This document shows, one piece after another, positions 1 to 9,849 of a stretch of 64,000 nt of DNA; position 1 is the stretch's first letter; each line of letters begins with the position of its first letter. A program made the translations under genes and the position numbers. The stretch covers positions 4,404-68,403 of the forward strand of contig MHDZ01000033.1 in the NCBI GenBank assembly GCA_001805055.1, written 5' to 3'. The notes beneath the pieces are model-generated. The model did not search any database. It saw nothing but the letters and a program-made list of their open reading frames with translations, and was not told where the DNA came from. Origin of the DNA: Nitrospirae bacterium GWC2_57_13 (GTDB lineage Bacteria > Nitrospirota > UBA9217).

Positions 1-2115
1 CAGTGGCGCGTTATGGCAGTGGCGATCACCAAGGACGACCGCTTCGGCGACGGCAAGGCGCCGGTCACGGTGTCGCTGCCGCTCACGGCACGGCCCGTAA
101 CCCCGCGGTTCACGCGGATAGGCGACAGCTTTAAGGCAGGCGTAACGGTCCAGGTGTCCGGCGACGCGGGCGGCGACGTAACGATCACGGCTACGCTGCC
201 TGACAAGAACAGCGCCGTGGCTTTCGCGGGCACGGGCGGCCTGACCACGACCATCGCCGTCAAGCCCGGAGAGACGCGCAAGGTCCTGTTCCCCTACCGG
301 GCGGCAGAAGCGGGCAGTGCTCCGCTGCGATTCACCGCCCGCTTCGAAGGCAGGGACCGCGCAGGCAACCGCATCACTCATGACGATGCCGTGCAGGTGA
401 CGCTGGCAGTGCAGGACCTGCCGCCCACAGAGACCACCGTGGCCGTGGGCGAGACGGACAAAGAGAGCAAGGAAAAGCTGAATGTTCCCAAAACCGGCAT
501 ACGGTCCGATACGGGCGGTCTGACCATCACCCTGGCGAGCACTGCCCTTGCCCAGCTCGACGAAGGCGCCCAGTACCTCGTGGCCTATCCCTACGGGTGC
601 CTTGAGCAGCGGACGAGTCTGTTGTTGCCGCTGATGCAGCTCCATGAATTGTCCTCTGTCTTCAAGTTCGACCTGACGGCCTCGAAGCCCATACCTGAAG
701 TGATAAAGGCGAACCTCGCCATGGTGCTGTCGCTCCAGAACAGCGACGGCGGCTTCCGCTACTGGTCGTCGGACAGCTCTTCGGACCGGTGGATCTCGCC
801 CTATGTTGCGAAGCTGCTGGCCCGGGCCGAAGGCATGCACTACGATATTCCGAAGGCCGCAAAGGAGAAGCTCGGCGGGTTCCTGCAGCAGAGCCTCCGG
901 GATTTTCCCTGGTACATGCGACTCTGCTCCTGGCGGTGCAAGGCCTACTACCGCCTGAACATCCTGACCGGCATGCGCGAGCTCGGCCTGTCCGACGAGT
1001 CCTACTACCAGGACTACTACAGCCGCAGAAAAGAGCTCGGCCTCGACGCCCAGATACAGCTTGCCGCGCTGCTGACGCATTTGCCGAAGTGGAAGGAGCA
1101 GTCTGCAACGCTTTTTGAAGAGATCAAAAAAGGCATGTTCATCACCGCAGCCACAGCGCATATCGAGGACCGGGCCGACCTGCCTCCGTCCTGGGGATGG
1201 ATGACCTCGCCGGTAATCAATACGGGCAGGGCGCTCAGCCTCTTCCTGCTGCGCGAACCGGACCATCCCTTCAACGCCAAGATGGCGCGCTATATCCTGC
1301 AGGCCCGGAAGAACGGCCGATGGCGCACCACCTACGAGAACGCGGCCGCGCTGGACGCCCTGCTGGACGTGCTGAAGAAAAAGGAAAAGACAGAGCCCGA
1401 CTACAGGGCAACAGTGCTGCTTGCCGGCAAGAACGTGCTCGAGGCGGACCGAAAGGGCTACGACACGAAGCTCGTGGAAGGAAGCGTTGAAGCAAAGGAC
1501 CTGCCGATAGGGAAATCTGACCTGGTGATCAAAAAGAAGGGGAAAGGCTCGCTCTATTACACGCTGCGCTATTCCTACAAGCTCACGGGTCCGCAGCCGC
1601 CGCGCCAGGAAGGGTTCTATGTGGAACGGAAGATCAGCCGTTTTGATCCCGTGAAGTCATCTGCTGCCGAGAAGGAATCGCTGCAGGAGATCCCCCTGGG
1701 CCAGGTGGCGGTCGTGGAGCTGACAATCATCGTTCCCCAGGCAGCGTACCGTTTTGTGGTGGACGACCCGCTGCCCGCGGGCCTGGAGCCTATCGACCGG
1801 AGCCTCAAGACCACTTCCCAGCGGTATCAGGTGAAGCAGGGAGAGGAAGATGAGGGTGAAGGGGAGGATAGTGAAGAAGGATATGAGGAAGAGCGCGGGT
1901 CCTACCGGTCCAATCCCTTCAACCATGTTGAACTGCATGACGAGGGCGTGAAGCTCTTTGCCGACGAGATCGCTGCAGGCGTATACCGGTACCGGTATCT
2001 GGCCCGGGCAACGACGCCGGGGATCTTCGAATTGCCGGGCACTGTGGCAACGCTCATGTACGAGCCCGAGCAGTTCGGCAGGGCCGCGGAAGGGACGTTC
2101 AAGGTGACGGAATAA
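1..2115 (+). CDS. alpha-2-macroglobulin family protein, C-terminal part (5' end lies outside the window)
   Basis: Thioester motif YPYGCLEQ at about nt 590-610. An acidic E/D-rich linker sits near the C-terminus. The frame is open to the window edge. It lies directly upstream of pbpC, the conserved A2M-PbpC pair. Confidence 0.85.
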   Translation, partial: QWRVMAVAITKDDRFGDGKAPVTVSLPLTARPVTPRFTRIGDSFKAGVTVQVSGDAGGDVTITATLPDKNSAVAFAGTGGLTTTIAVKPGETRKVLFPYRAAEAGSAPLRFTARFEGRDRAGNRITHDDAVQVTLAVQDLPPTETTVAVGETDKESKEKLNVPKTGIRSDTGGLTITLASTALAQLDEGAQYLVAYPYGCLEQRTSLLLPLMQLHELSSVFKFDLTASKPIPEVIKANLAMVLSLQNSDGGFRYWSSDSSSDRWISPYVAKLLARAEGMHYDIPKAAKEKLGGFLQQSLRDFPWYMRLCSWRCKAYYRLNILTGMRELGLSDESYYQDYYSRRKELGLDAQIQLAALLTHLPKWKEQSATLFEEIKKGMFITAATAHIEDRADLPPSWGWMTSPVINTGRALSLFLLREPDHPFNAKMARYILQARKNGRWRTTYENAAALDALLDVLKKKEKTEPDYRATVLLAGKNVLEADRKGYDTKLVEGSVEAKDLPIGKSDLVIKKKGKGSLYYTLRYSYKLTGPQPPRQEGFYVERKISRFDPVKSSAAEKESLQEIPLGQVAVVELTIIVPQAAYRFVVDDPLPAGLEPIDRSLKTTSQRYQVKQGEEDEGEGEDSEEGYEEERGSYRSNPFNHVELHDEGVKLFADEIAAGVYRYRYLARATTPGIFELPGTVATLMYEPEQFGRAAEGTFKVTE

Positions 2116-2361
2116 TGACCGTTTTTTTGGACGCAGATAACAATGGATGCTATTTGGACCACGAAGTACACGAAGGGCACGAAGGGCACGAAGAAAGATC
2201 AAGGCAGGACGGTCTCTCGCAAAGGGCGAAGTTAATGAATAGTTCGGAGCTCGGAGTACGGAGTTGGGAATGCAGAATTTGGAACGTTCCAGAACCTCGC
2301 AGTTCTCTGTGGGCTCTGTGATCTCTGTGGAAGAGGGAATGCATTTGCGTCCGTTCGTCTT

Positions 2362-4764
2362 ATGAGGGTTTTCCGGAAATATCGTGCGTTTCTCATAATC
2401 CTGGCATCGGTAGGGATCATGCTTGTCCTTGGCGTTGGCGGAATGCTCTTCGCGATGCGCTCCGAGGCGCGCAAGCACCCCATCTACGCCGCTGATGTAA
2501 AGCCGTTCCACTCTCTCCGCATCGCGGACCGGAACGGCGTGCTGCTGCAGGAGGTCCGGAGCCGGGACGGCAGGAGCGCGCCGGTGCGGCTCCGCGCCAT
2601 CTCGCCTCATTTTATTCATGCTGTTCTCGCCGCCGAGGACCGGCGGTTCCGGTCCCACAGCGGTGTGGACTGGCTTGCTGTTGGGCGGGCGGGCGCGATG
2701 AATATTCTGTCCGTCGGCCGCCGCTCAGGAGCCTCTACCATCACGCTCCAACTCGCCAAGATGCTTGATCCCGGGCCCCGCACGCTCGGCAAGAAGATCC
2801 GTGAAGTGAAGGGCGCCTGGCGCATCGAAGCGGGCATGACCAAGGACGAGATCCTGGAGCAGTACATGAGCCGTCTTCCCTTCGGCAATCAGCTCTTCGG
2901 TATCGAGAGCGCTTCCCAGGACTATTTCCGCAAGAAGGCTTCGGACCTGTCCCTTGCCCAGGCCGCTCTCCTTGCCGCTATTCCGAACGCGCCGACCCTG
3001 CTGAACCCCCGCCGGAACCTCGACCTCGTAAATAAACGCCGGACATTCATCCTGGATCGCATGCATTCCCTGGGCTATATTTCCCGGGAGGAGAAAGAGC
3101 TTGCACAGGCCGAACGGATCGAAATCCACGAGCCGGCCCGTCCGCGCAGTGCCCCTCATTTCATCGAGCGGCTGCAGACAGACCTGCCCGCACCAATAAC
3201 CCGTGTCACCGCAACGCTGAACGCGCGGCTGCAGGCAGCAGTGGAGCAGCAGGTGAAAGAGGTGATCGACGAACTGAAGGGCAGAGTGGTGACGAACGCG
3301 GCAGTGCTTGTGCTTGAGAACCGTACCGGAGAGGTGCTCGCTTACGTGGGTTCTGCGGATTTTGATGATCACGGAAATGAAGGCCAGAACGACGGCGTGC
3401 AGGCCCTGCGTCAGCCCGGCTCGGCCTTGAAACCCTTTATCTACGGGCTGGCGCTTGAAAAGGGGATGTCGCCGGCTACGATGCTGGATGATCTGGAGGT
3501 TCATTTCTCGACGCCTGTAGGAGATTTCTCTCCTCAGAACTACAGCCGCAGGTTTCACGGCCCGGTGCGGCTGCGTGAGGCCCTTGGCAATTCGCTGAAC
3601 GTGCCGGCAGTGCGCGTTATCGCCGAATTGGGCACTGATGCGGCCCTGGCGCGGCTGCGGGATTTCGGTTTCCAGACCCTTGATGCCGATGCAGAGCACT
3701 ATGGCGTGGGACTCATCCTGGGCGACGGCGAGGTGACGCTCTATGAATTGACCAGGGCCTATATGTATCTTGCGCGCGGTGGTTCGATCATTCCGGTGCG
3801 GGAGGTTCTGGTGCAGGCAACGGCGATCATGGCGAAGGGGAGACAAAGCGACGGGGAGCGTGAGAAAAGAATGAAGAGCGCCCCCCTGCGCGTATCCACG
3901 CCGGAAGCGGTCTATCTTATCACCGACATCCTGAAAGATCCCTATGCGCGTACCACTGAGTTCGGGCTCGATTCCGTGCTGCGACTGCCCTTTCCCGCTG
4001 CGGTCAAGACGGGCACGTCGCGCAACTATCGCGACAACTGGACCGTGGGATACACCCGTGAATACACGGTCGGCGTCTGGGTCGGCAATTTCAACGGCGT
4101 TCCCATGCAGCAGGTGGCTGGCGTGAGCGGCGCCGGGCCGATCTTCCGGCGGGTCATGATGCTGCTGCAGGGTAAGAAGGAGCCTAAGGACTTTGAACGG
4201 CCGTCTGGACTCATCGAGGTGGAGGTCTGCGCCCTGTCAGGGAAGCAGAAGGGTCCGGACTGTCCACACGGCGTTTCAGAGCTGTTTCTCAGGGACGAGG
4301 TTGAGGCCGGCGCAATGGAGCCCTGCGACGTTCACCGCAAACTGCCGGTGCTCGCCGGCAACGGCCAGATCGCTCCAGCAGGAGCCCGGCGCGAGGAAAC
4401 AGAGTACCGCGTTTTTGAGGACCTCCCACCGATCTATGAGTTCTGGCAGCGCGAGACAGGACGGCCTGTCATGCCCAGGGAACTGTCACGCCATGCCGAG
4501 TCGGCCCTGTTCGAGATCATCCGGCCCGCTCACCAGTCTATTTACCGCCGTCCCCTTGACCTGGCTGCCCGCTATCAGACCATTCGCTTCGAGGCTGTGG
4601 GCGCGCCGGGCAGCGCTGAAGTGGTCTGGACCCTGAACAGCGATGAGATCGGGCGCACCCGTGATGCTCATTTCCTTGATTGGCCTGTGCGCACAGGCGA
4701 ATATCGACTTCGGGCCACAGCGCCCGGTGTTCCTGCCAGCGAGATCCGTTTCACGGTGGAATGA
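2362..4764 (+). CDS. pbpC: penicillin-binding protein 1C (bifunctional GT51 transglycosylase / transpeptidase)
   Basis: N-terminal TM segment. GT51 motifs (EDRRF, RxxSGxDW, ITLQL). A transpeptidase domain and a PbpC-type C-terminal domain follow. It is paired with the A2M gene. Confidence 0.85.
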   Translation: MRVFRKYRAFLIILASVGIMLVLGVGGMLFAMRSEARKHPIYAADVKPFHSLRIADRNGVLLQEVRSRDGRSAPVRLRAISPHFIHAVLAAEDRRFRSHSGVDWLAVGRAGAMNILSVGRRSGASTITLQLAKMLDPGPRTLGKKIREVKGAWRIEAGMTKDEILEQYMSRLPFGNQLFGIESASQDYFRKKASDLSLAQAALLAAIPNAPTLLNPRRNLDLVNKRRTFILDRMHSLGYISREEKELAQAERIEIHEPARPRSAPHFIERLQTDLPAPITRVTATLNARLQAAVEQQVKEVIDELKGRVVTNAAVLVLENRTGEVLAYVGSADFDDHGNEGQNDGVQALRQPGSALKPFIYGLALEKGMSPATMLDDLEVHFSTPVGDFSPQNYSRRFHGPVRLREALGNSLNVPAVRVIAELGTDAALARLRDFGFQTLDADAEHYGVGLILGDGEVTLYELTRAYMYLARGGSIIPVREVLVQATAIMAKGRQSDGEREKRMKSAPLRVSTPEAVYLITDILKDPYARTTEFGLDSVLRLPFPAAVKTGTSRNYRDNWTVGYTREYTVGVWVGNFNGVPMQQVAGVSGAGPIFRRVMMLLQGKKEPKDFERPSGLIEVEVCALSGKQKGPDCPHGVSELFLRDEVEAGAMEPCDVHRKLPVLAGNGQIAPAGARREETEYRVFEDLPPIYEFWQRETGRPVMPRELSRHAESALFEIIRPAHQSIYRRPLDLAARYQTIRFEAVGAPGSAEVVWTLNSDEIGRTRDAHFLDWPVRTGEYRLRATAPGVPASEIRFTVE

Positions 4765-5001
4765 CCTCAACGGCGATCTTTCGCGCAGAGAAATCTATAT
4801 AATTGAAATTTTGGAACAGATTGTCCAAAGGGTCATTAAAGAACGGTTCTCTGTTCAGCGGCTCTAGAACGACTGTTTCGAGATGGAAGATTCCACAGGT
4901 AAAAAAAAGATTTATCTGCAAGAAGTTGCCACAGGCAATAACTTCTGCTACGATTACTCCTATTGTTCATTTCAATTCTTTGTTAAAGGGGGATTAAAGG
5001 T

Positions 5002-6228
5002 ATGATGCACAGATGGTTGTTATCTGCAGCACTGCTGTTCTCCTTTGTTGCAATGCCTGCAGGCGTAGGTGTTGCCGCGCAGAATGCTCCGGCTCAGAAG
5101 CCCGCGGGAGCAAAAGCCGGCGCCGTTACCGTCCAGATCGATAAGACGGAACTGAAGAACGGCGGGACCATCATGATCACAGGCAAGGCGCCGAGGGGCA
5201 AGCCCGTGTTCATCGAGGTGTTTGCCGAGCGGACAGTTCGGGCCTCGCGGTTCGATGCAGATGTGGACAAGGAAACAAAGAAGCGGCCGTACATTTTCTA
5301 TATGACCCATGAAATGCCTGCTTACTACAAAATTTTTGCTCCCAAGGACCGGAAAGAAGCGATAGACAAGGAAAAGAAAGAGGGCAAGAAGTGGTCCGTA
5401 TCGAAGGTCCTGAAGGACACGGGCGCCGACGCTGTTTATTCAGCGCCGACGAAGATCAAGATCGACCGGTATCAGGCCACGCTCGTCGGCAGCATCATAG
5501 GGTCACGGGGGTCGATCATGCCGGCCATGGACGACAAAGATAACGCCCGGCGGTCCATGCAGCTTTTGAAAGCCCGGTTCCGTTCTCTCGACAAGGTGCT
5601 GGGCGCGGCTGTTGACGTGGCCCCTGACGGCAGCTTCAAGGCCGAGGTGAAGATCCGCTCGGGTCTTGCCCCCGGCAAGTACACAATAGTCGCCGCCGTG
5701 GACAAGGCCACGAAGAGCGCTCCCGTCACCTTCGAGAACAAGATCAGCTTTCCCTTGCTGTACCTCAAGAACGGGGGCACGAGCCTGAACCTCATCGGAC
5801 CCTTCTTACTTACCCTGGCCGTGGCTATCTTCGGCGTGCTGATGGGCGCAGGCGGCGGATTTATCCTGAACCCTCTCCTCGTTTCGATCTGGCCCCTGCC
5901 GCACACCATTGTGGCCGGCACGGTCATGCCCACAGTGCTCTTCTCCCAGGGCAGCGGCATCTACAACTACTCCAAGATCAAGTTCATCAGCTGGAAGCTG
6001 GGCGTTGCCATCGGCCTTTCCATGGTCGTGGGCGGATTCATCGGGCCCAAGATGACGGAGCTGATCACCCTTGAACAGTTCAAGTTCGTGTTCGGATGGA
6101 TACTGATCATTCTTGCCGGGCTCATGTTCTGGCAGACAACGCCGAAGTACCTGGCCACGAACAAGAAGGAGCAGGCGATCCTGAAAGAGTTCAAGCGGAA
6201 GGCCGAGGAATCGGCGCGGAAGAAATAA
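5002..6228 (+). CDS. secreted/periplasmic domain protein fused to a TauE/SafE-type 4-TM half-transporter
   Basis: Signal peptide, then a ~260-aa soluble domain. The C-terminus is four TM helices with GAGGGFILNPLL (a TauE/SafE-like glycine motif). Strong RBS AAAGGGGG upstream. Confidence 0.6.
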   Translation: MMHRWLLSAALLFSFVAMPAGVGVAAQNAPAQKPAGAKAGAVTVQIDKTELKNGGTIMITGKAPRGKPVFIEVFAERTVRASRFDADVDKETKKRPYIFYMTHEMPAYYKIFAPKDRKEAIDKEKKEGKKWSVSKVLKDTGADAVYSAPTKIKIDRYQATLVGSIIGSRGSIMPAMDDKDNARRSMQLLKARFRSLDKVLGAAVDVAPDGSFKAEVKIRSGLAPGKYTIVAAVDKATKSAPVTFENKISFPLLYLKNGGTSLNLIGPFLLTLAVAIFGVLMGAGGGFILNPLLVSIWPLPHTIVAGTVMPTVLFSQGSGIYNYSKIKFISWKLGVAIGLSMVVGGFIGPKMTELITLEQFKFVFGWILIILAGLMFWQTTPKYLATNKKEQAILKEFKRKAEESARKK

Positions 6229-6348
6229 TAGGGAGCAAGTCCCGATCAAATCGGGACGTAAAAAAATTACGGCAACACGCCCCGCCCCGTTTCCAAATGG
6301 TAGAGGACGCGGGACGGGGGTTGCCTCGGTCCAAAAAGGAGAAAAAAA

Positions 6349-6738
6349 ATGATTGTTCAATTTTGGGGACAGGAGTTCAAGGTCAATATCGTCGTCGGCT
6401 GCATCGGCGGCTTTCTCATCGCGATCGTTTCGTCCATGTTCGGCTTCGGAGGCGGCCCTTTCATGGTGCCCCTGATGACCGTGGTGCTCGGCCTTCCCAT
6501 GTACGTGGTGGTGGGCAGCTCGCTGCTGGCCATCTTTTTTAATACCCTCATGGGCACCATGCGCCATTACCAGTTCGGGAACTTTGATGGCCTATTCTTT
6601 CTCATCATGTTCCCGGCGGCGATATTGGGCGGCTGGATCGCTCCGAAGATCGCTCAGCGTGTGAGCCCAACCGTAGTCAAGCGGGTGGCTGTTGCCGGCC
6701 TGCTGATCCTCGCCCTAAACCTGTTGGGAGTGTATTAA
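6349..6738 (+). CDS. TauE/SafE family membrane protein (second half-transporter)
   Basis: 129 aa with 4 TM helices and GFGGGPFMVPLM and GxxxG motifs. RBS AAAAGGAG upstream. Probably forms a split transporter with the preceding gene. Confidence 0.6.
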   Translation: MIVQFWGQEFKVNIVVGCIGGFLIAIVSSMFGFGGGPFMVPLMTVVLGLPMYVVVGSSLLAIFFNTLMGTMRHYQFGNFDGLFFLIMFPAAILGGWIAPKIAQRVSPTVVKRVAVAGLLILALNLLGVY

Positions 6739-6768
6739 CTGTTCTTGTATTTCGTGCCTGTTCTGCAG

Positions 6769-6812
6769 ACAGGCGTCTTTCCCGTTTTTTCAGGGAAGAC
6801 GCCTGTTTTCTT
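6769..6812 (+). terminator. rho-independent terminator after the TauE gene
   Basis: Inverted repeat ACAGGCGTCTTTCCC / GGGAAGACGCCTGT followed by a T-run. Confidence 0.55.
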
Positions 6813-6844
6813 CAGAGGGCAAATCGTAAGGAGGAGAGCGGATC

Positions 6845-7684
6845 ATGATGGATACCTCGCAGTTACTCGATGACGTGTCCTTTGCCAAGGCCCTTCTCGA
6901 CAAAAAAAGCCTGTCGAATGCGGACATTGTATTCGCCCTGCGGAACCTGCTGCGGATGAAGTACTATCCCGTGGCGGTAAAGTTCTTTTTTTCCCAGTCT
7001 GAGCTTGATGCGTTCAAGAAAAACACTGAATACAAGGTGTCGGCCCATCCATTTACCTTCTGCCATTATCTGGCTGCTTCGCGCCAGCGCGGCGATATCC
7101 TGCTGAGTCCAGAGAGGGGGCTCGGGTGCAGCAATGCAAAGTATATTTTCGGCTGGAAGGGGATGGACGAGGGCGAGGTCAAAAGTCATCTGAAGTACGC
7201 CAAGAACGCGAAACAGGCGGAAAAGATCGTCACGCTCAAGAAGCGTCTGCCCGAGAACCTTCTGGCCTTTGCCACGGCGCCGCTGCACAAGTCGCCCTAT
7301 GTTCCGGATGTGATCCACGGCATGAGCGACGTGCTGCAGGCATACCACCTCGGCAATGACTGGTCCACGGCCATGGACATCTTTCCCTTCCAGATGAGCA
7401 TGACCATGAACAGCTCGGCCTGCCACGGTGTGACCGAGGTTTATCTCAGCCGAAAGCCCAATATCACGCCCATGTGCAGCGGCAGCTACACAGCGGGAAA
7501 GACCGAGCAGGGTGAGATAAACTGGATCTGGCCCGGCGACCAGCTTGAACCCACGGTGCGGTGGATGCTGGAACGGACTGTGCGCGACGCCGGCCCTTCC
7601 TTCCCGCGGACGGGTGAGACCTATCCGGGGTTCAATATGTGCAAGCTCTGTCCGTTCCTGGTCTGGACAAAGCCGAAGGAGTGA
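6845..7684 (+). CDS. DUF169-like conserved hypothetical protein
   Basis: 279-aa soluble protein with MKYYPVAVKF and Cys/His-rich segments reminiscent of DUF169. RBS GGAGGAG upstream. Family assignment is from memory only. Confidence 0.4.
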   Translation: MMDTSQLLDDVSFAKALLDKKSLSNADIVFALRNLLRMKYYPVAVKFFFSQSELDAFKKNTEYKVSAHPFTFCHYLAASRQRGDILLSPERGLGCSNAKYIFGWKGMDEGEVKSHLKYAKNAKQAEKIVTLKKRLPENLLAFATAPLHKSPYVPDVIHGMSDVLQAYHLGNDWSTAMDIFPFQMSMTMNSSACHGVTEVYLSRKPNITPMCSGSYTAGKTEQGEINWIWPGDQLEPTVRWMLERTVRDAGPSFPRTGETYPGFNMCKLCPFLVWTKPKE

Positions 7685-8015
7685 GTAAGGCCGCAGAGAG
7701 GGGGGGGGGAAACGGACATCTGTTCGTCTTCCCCCGCCTGGTTGCGGCTTTTCGTCTCCGGCATTCCATCGCGGGTGCAAGCTTTCTGCTTTATTCACCT
7801 GCAGTCATGACCTGCCTGGAATACTCAAACCTGGCCGGCGCCGCCGGGATGTTGAAGGGGTCGGGCGTTGTCGGCATGATGAGAAGGATGCTCATGCTTG
7901 GCCACAGATCAGCGAAGAGGGAAAAACATGAATGGACCGCAAAGACATTGCCGGGATGATCTGTTGCATCCCCGATGATATGCTGATCTCGAAAATATTC
8001 AAGGAGGGTTGCTTT

Positions 8016-8546
8016 ATGAAAAGATTTTCAGCTGTCGTACTTGCTGTTGCAGCCACAGTTCTGCTGTTGAACGGCTGCATGAAGGTGGCGCCCTCGCCTG
8101 CGCTGCCCGGCGGCGGAAAGATCGTCATGTTTGTGATCATTGACCGTGGTGTTGAAAATGGATTTACAGACTATCAGATAAAAAACCGGCATCAGCTCGG
8201 TGCGTTCATGGACAAAGACCTTGTTGCCATGCTCTCCAAAGCGGGTTATGAACCTCGCTTGATCCAGAAGCGTTCGGAGTACAAACCGGGAAAGAACAGC
8301 TACCTGCTCCAGACAAGGATCCTGAATTACAACCCTGGCAGCAAAGCTGCGCGAATGGTCGTCGGCTTTGGTGCGGGTTCGGTCGGAATGGATCTTAAAT
8401 ATGAGCTTCATGGCGCGGGAAAAGAGCCGCTGCTTTCCGATAAGATCGGCAAGGGAACGAGCGGAGAGTGGCAGTACCTGGTAAGAAAACTTGAGCTGGC
8501 GATCCTGGAGGCCGTATCGGCAAAATTGCATCAGACGACTAAGTAA
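8016..8546 (+). CDS. lipoprotein, hypothetical
   Basis: Signal peptide ending in lipobox LLNGC. RBS AAGGAGGG 7 nt upstream of the ATG at 8016. Confidence 0.5.
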   Translation: MKRFSAVVLAVAATVLLLNGCMKVAPSPALPGGGKIVMFVIIDRGVENGFTDYQIKNRHQLGAFMDKDLVAMLSKAGYEPRLIQKRSEYKPGKNSYLLQTRILNYNPGSKAARMVVGFGAGSVGMDLKYELHGAGKEPLLSDKIGKGTSGEWQYLVRKLELAILEAVSAKLHQTTK

Positions 8547-8727
8547 TTGGAGCGCTTTGGGCGCCGAGAAGAAAGGCCAGGCTTGTCGTCTCTGACTGCG
8601 CCTGATTGAGTCGGAGGCAAGCGTCATGTAGACAGTGGCCGAGACAAGGCCGGCGATCCATGCGCCGGCCTTGTCTGTCTGCAGTCGCCTTTACAAGGAT
8701 CATCGCCATGGAATGCTTCATAAGAAC

Positions 8728-9462
8728 ATGAAGAAAAATATTGCCATTGCTATCACTATTCTGGGAGCAGCACTAAGCCTGGCTGCAGCCGCTGCTCCAT
8801 TCCGGGCCGCGGCTCTGCCGGTCAGTGCGAATAATCTGATCTCCCGCAAACCCGATGTGCCGTCCTTGCCTCAGCCCAAGCCCTTTATTCAAGGTCCGGC
8901 AAAGGGGCGATTTCTGGTGGCCGGGCGCGGCATGGGCGATCCTCGTTTCCAGGAGATGGTGATCCTGCTGATCCGCTATGACAGCCAGGGGGCGTTGGGC
9001 CTGGTCATTAATCAGCCTTCGGAGGTGAAGCTTTCCTCGATGTTTCCCGAGATCAAGGCGCTGAAGACGGATCGGCAACGATTGTTTTACGGAGGCCCCG
9101 TGGCTCCGCAGCAGATGCTGATCCTGGTGCGGTCGAATAAAAAGCGCGGCGAATCATCGAAGGTGCTGAGCGGAGTGTACGTAAGCTCAAGTCGTGAACT
9201 TTTGAAAAGCCTGGCGCGGGAACAAAAATCAGAGAAGCACTATCGGGTCTATGCAGGGTATGCCGGTTGGTCGCCGGGCCAGCTGGACCGTGAACTGGGC
9301 AGGGATGATTGGTACATCGCCCAGGCTGATGAAATGAGTATATTCGAAAAATATCCAGGTTCCCTCTGGCCGGAATTGATACGCAGAAGCGCTGTGATCC
9401 ACGTGAGGAATGAGGACGCCGCCTTTGCCGTGAAACTTGCGGGGCTGATCGAGGGGCCGTAA
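8728..9462 (+). CDS. YqgE/AlgH family (DUF179) protein with N-terminal signal peptide
   Basis: GRFLVAGRGMGDPRFQEMVILLIRYDSQGALGLVINQP matches the YqgE/AlgH signature. Start chosen at MKKNIAIA, which is followed by a hydrophobic signal-like segment. Confidence 0.6.
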   Translation: MKKNIAIAITILGAALSLAAAAAPFRAAALPVSANNLISRKPDVPSLPQPKPFIQGPAKGRFLVAGRGMGDPRFQEMVILLIRYDSQGALGLVINQPSEVKLSSMFPEIKALKTDRQRLFYGGPVAPQQMLILVRSNKKRGESSKVLSGVYVSSSRELLKSLAREQKSEKHYRVYAGYAGWSPGQLDRELGRDDWYIAQADEMSIFEKYPGSLWPELIRRSAVIHVRNEDAAFAVKLAGLIEGP

Positions 9463-9483
9463 CCGCGGCGTATGCCCGACGGT

Positions 9484-9849
9484 TCAGCAGGAACCTGCGA
9501 TACGCTCCTTTTTTGCTCCTGCCACGTGTTCAACGACGCATTCAGGATCGCATTCGATGCACATGTCGATTCCCTGAATGAGCTGCATATCAGCGCAGGC
9601 TTCATAGGCCCGCAGCAGCTCGGGATCGGTCAGCCGTTCGAGCACCGTGGATTTCGGTCTGAAATATGACCTGCCGCAGCTCATGCAGATCCAGATGAAA
9701 TTGTGCTTGGCCAGCTCAAGACACGACTCGCAAATATAGATCTCAGTTCCCGGCATTGCTTCAGTGTGGACTGACGCGATCCGTTCTCCGCAGACGCTGC
9801 ACAATCCCTTCTTCTCGTCTCCATCGAACATGGCAGTCCTCCTTTCCAT
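9484..9849 (-). CDS. cysteine-rich zinc-ribbon protein, hypothetical
   Basis: Multiple CxxC pairs (CSVCGE, CESC, CMSCG, CIECDPEC). Divergent from lexA. Start could be 9849 or 9831. Confidence 0.45.
   Translation of the reverse strand: MERRTAMFDGDEKKGLCSVCGERIASVHTEAMPGTEIYICESCLELAKHNFIWICMSCGRSYFRPKSTVLERLTDPELLRAYEACADMQLIQGIDMCIECDPECVVEHVAGAKKERIAGSC

Noticed and set aside
2160-2270. Short tandem ACGAAGGGC x2 and TTCGGAG-like repeats (AGTTCGGAGCTCGGAGTACGGAG) in the A2M-pbpC spacer; a similar AGTTCGGAGTTCGGAGTGTGGAGTTCGGAG occurs at 32326-32355
   Set aside because: The second occurrence lies inside the mrpD coding sequence (it encodes RSELHTPNSEL). The similarity is short and low-complexity, and I could not support a dispersed element.
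1657-2658. 333-aa ORF on the minus strand
   Set aside because: It is entirely antisense to the alpha-2-macroglobulin gene and the A2M-pbpC junction. It is a GC-rich shadow frame with no RBS and no recognisable motifs.
2725-3846. 373-aa minus-strand ORF
   Set aside because: Antisense to pbpC. A typical high-GC spurious frame.
4765-5001. Possible sigma54-like TGGAAC-N5-TTGTCC upstream of the TauE-fusion gene
   Set aside because: It deviates from the TGGCAC-N5-TTGC consensus at key positions, and no enhancer-binding-protein gene is nearby.
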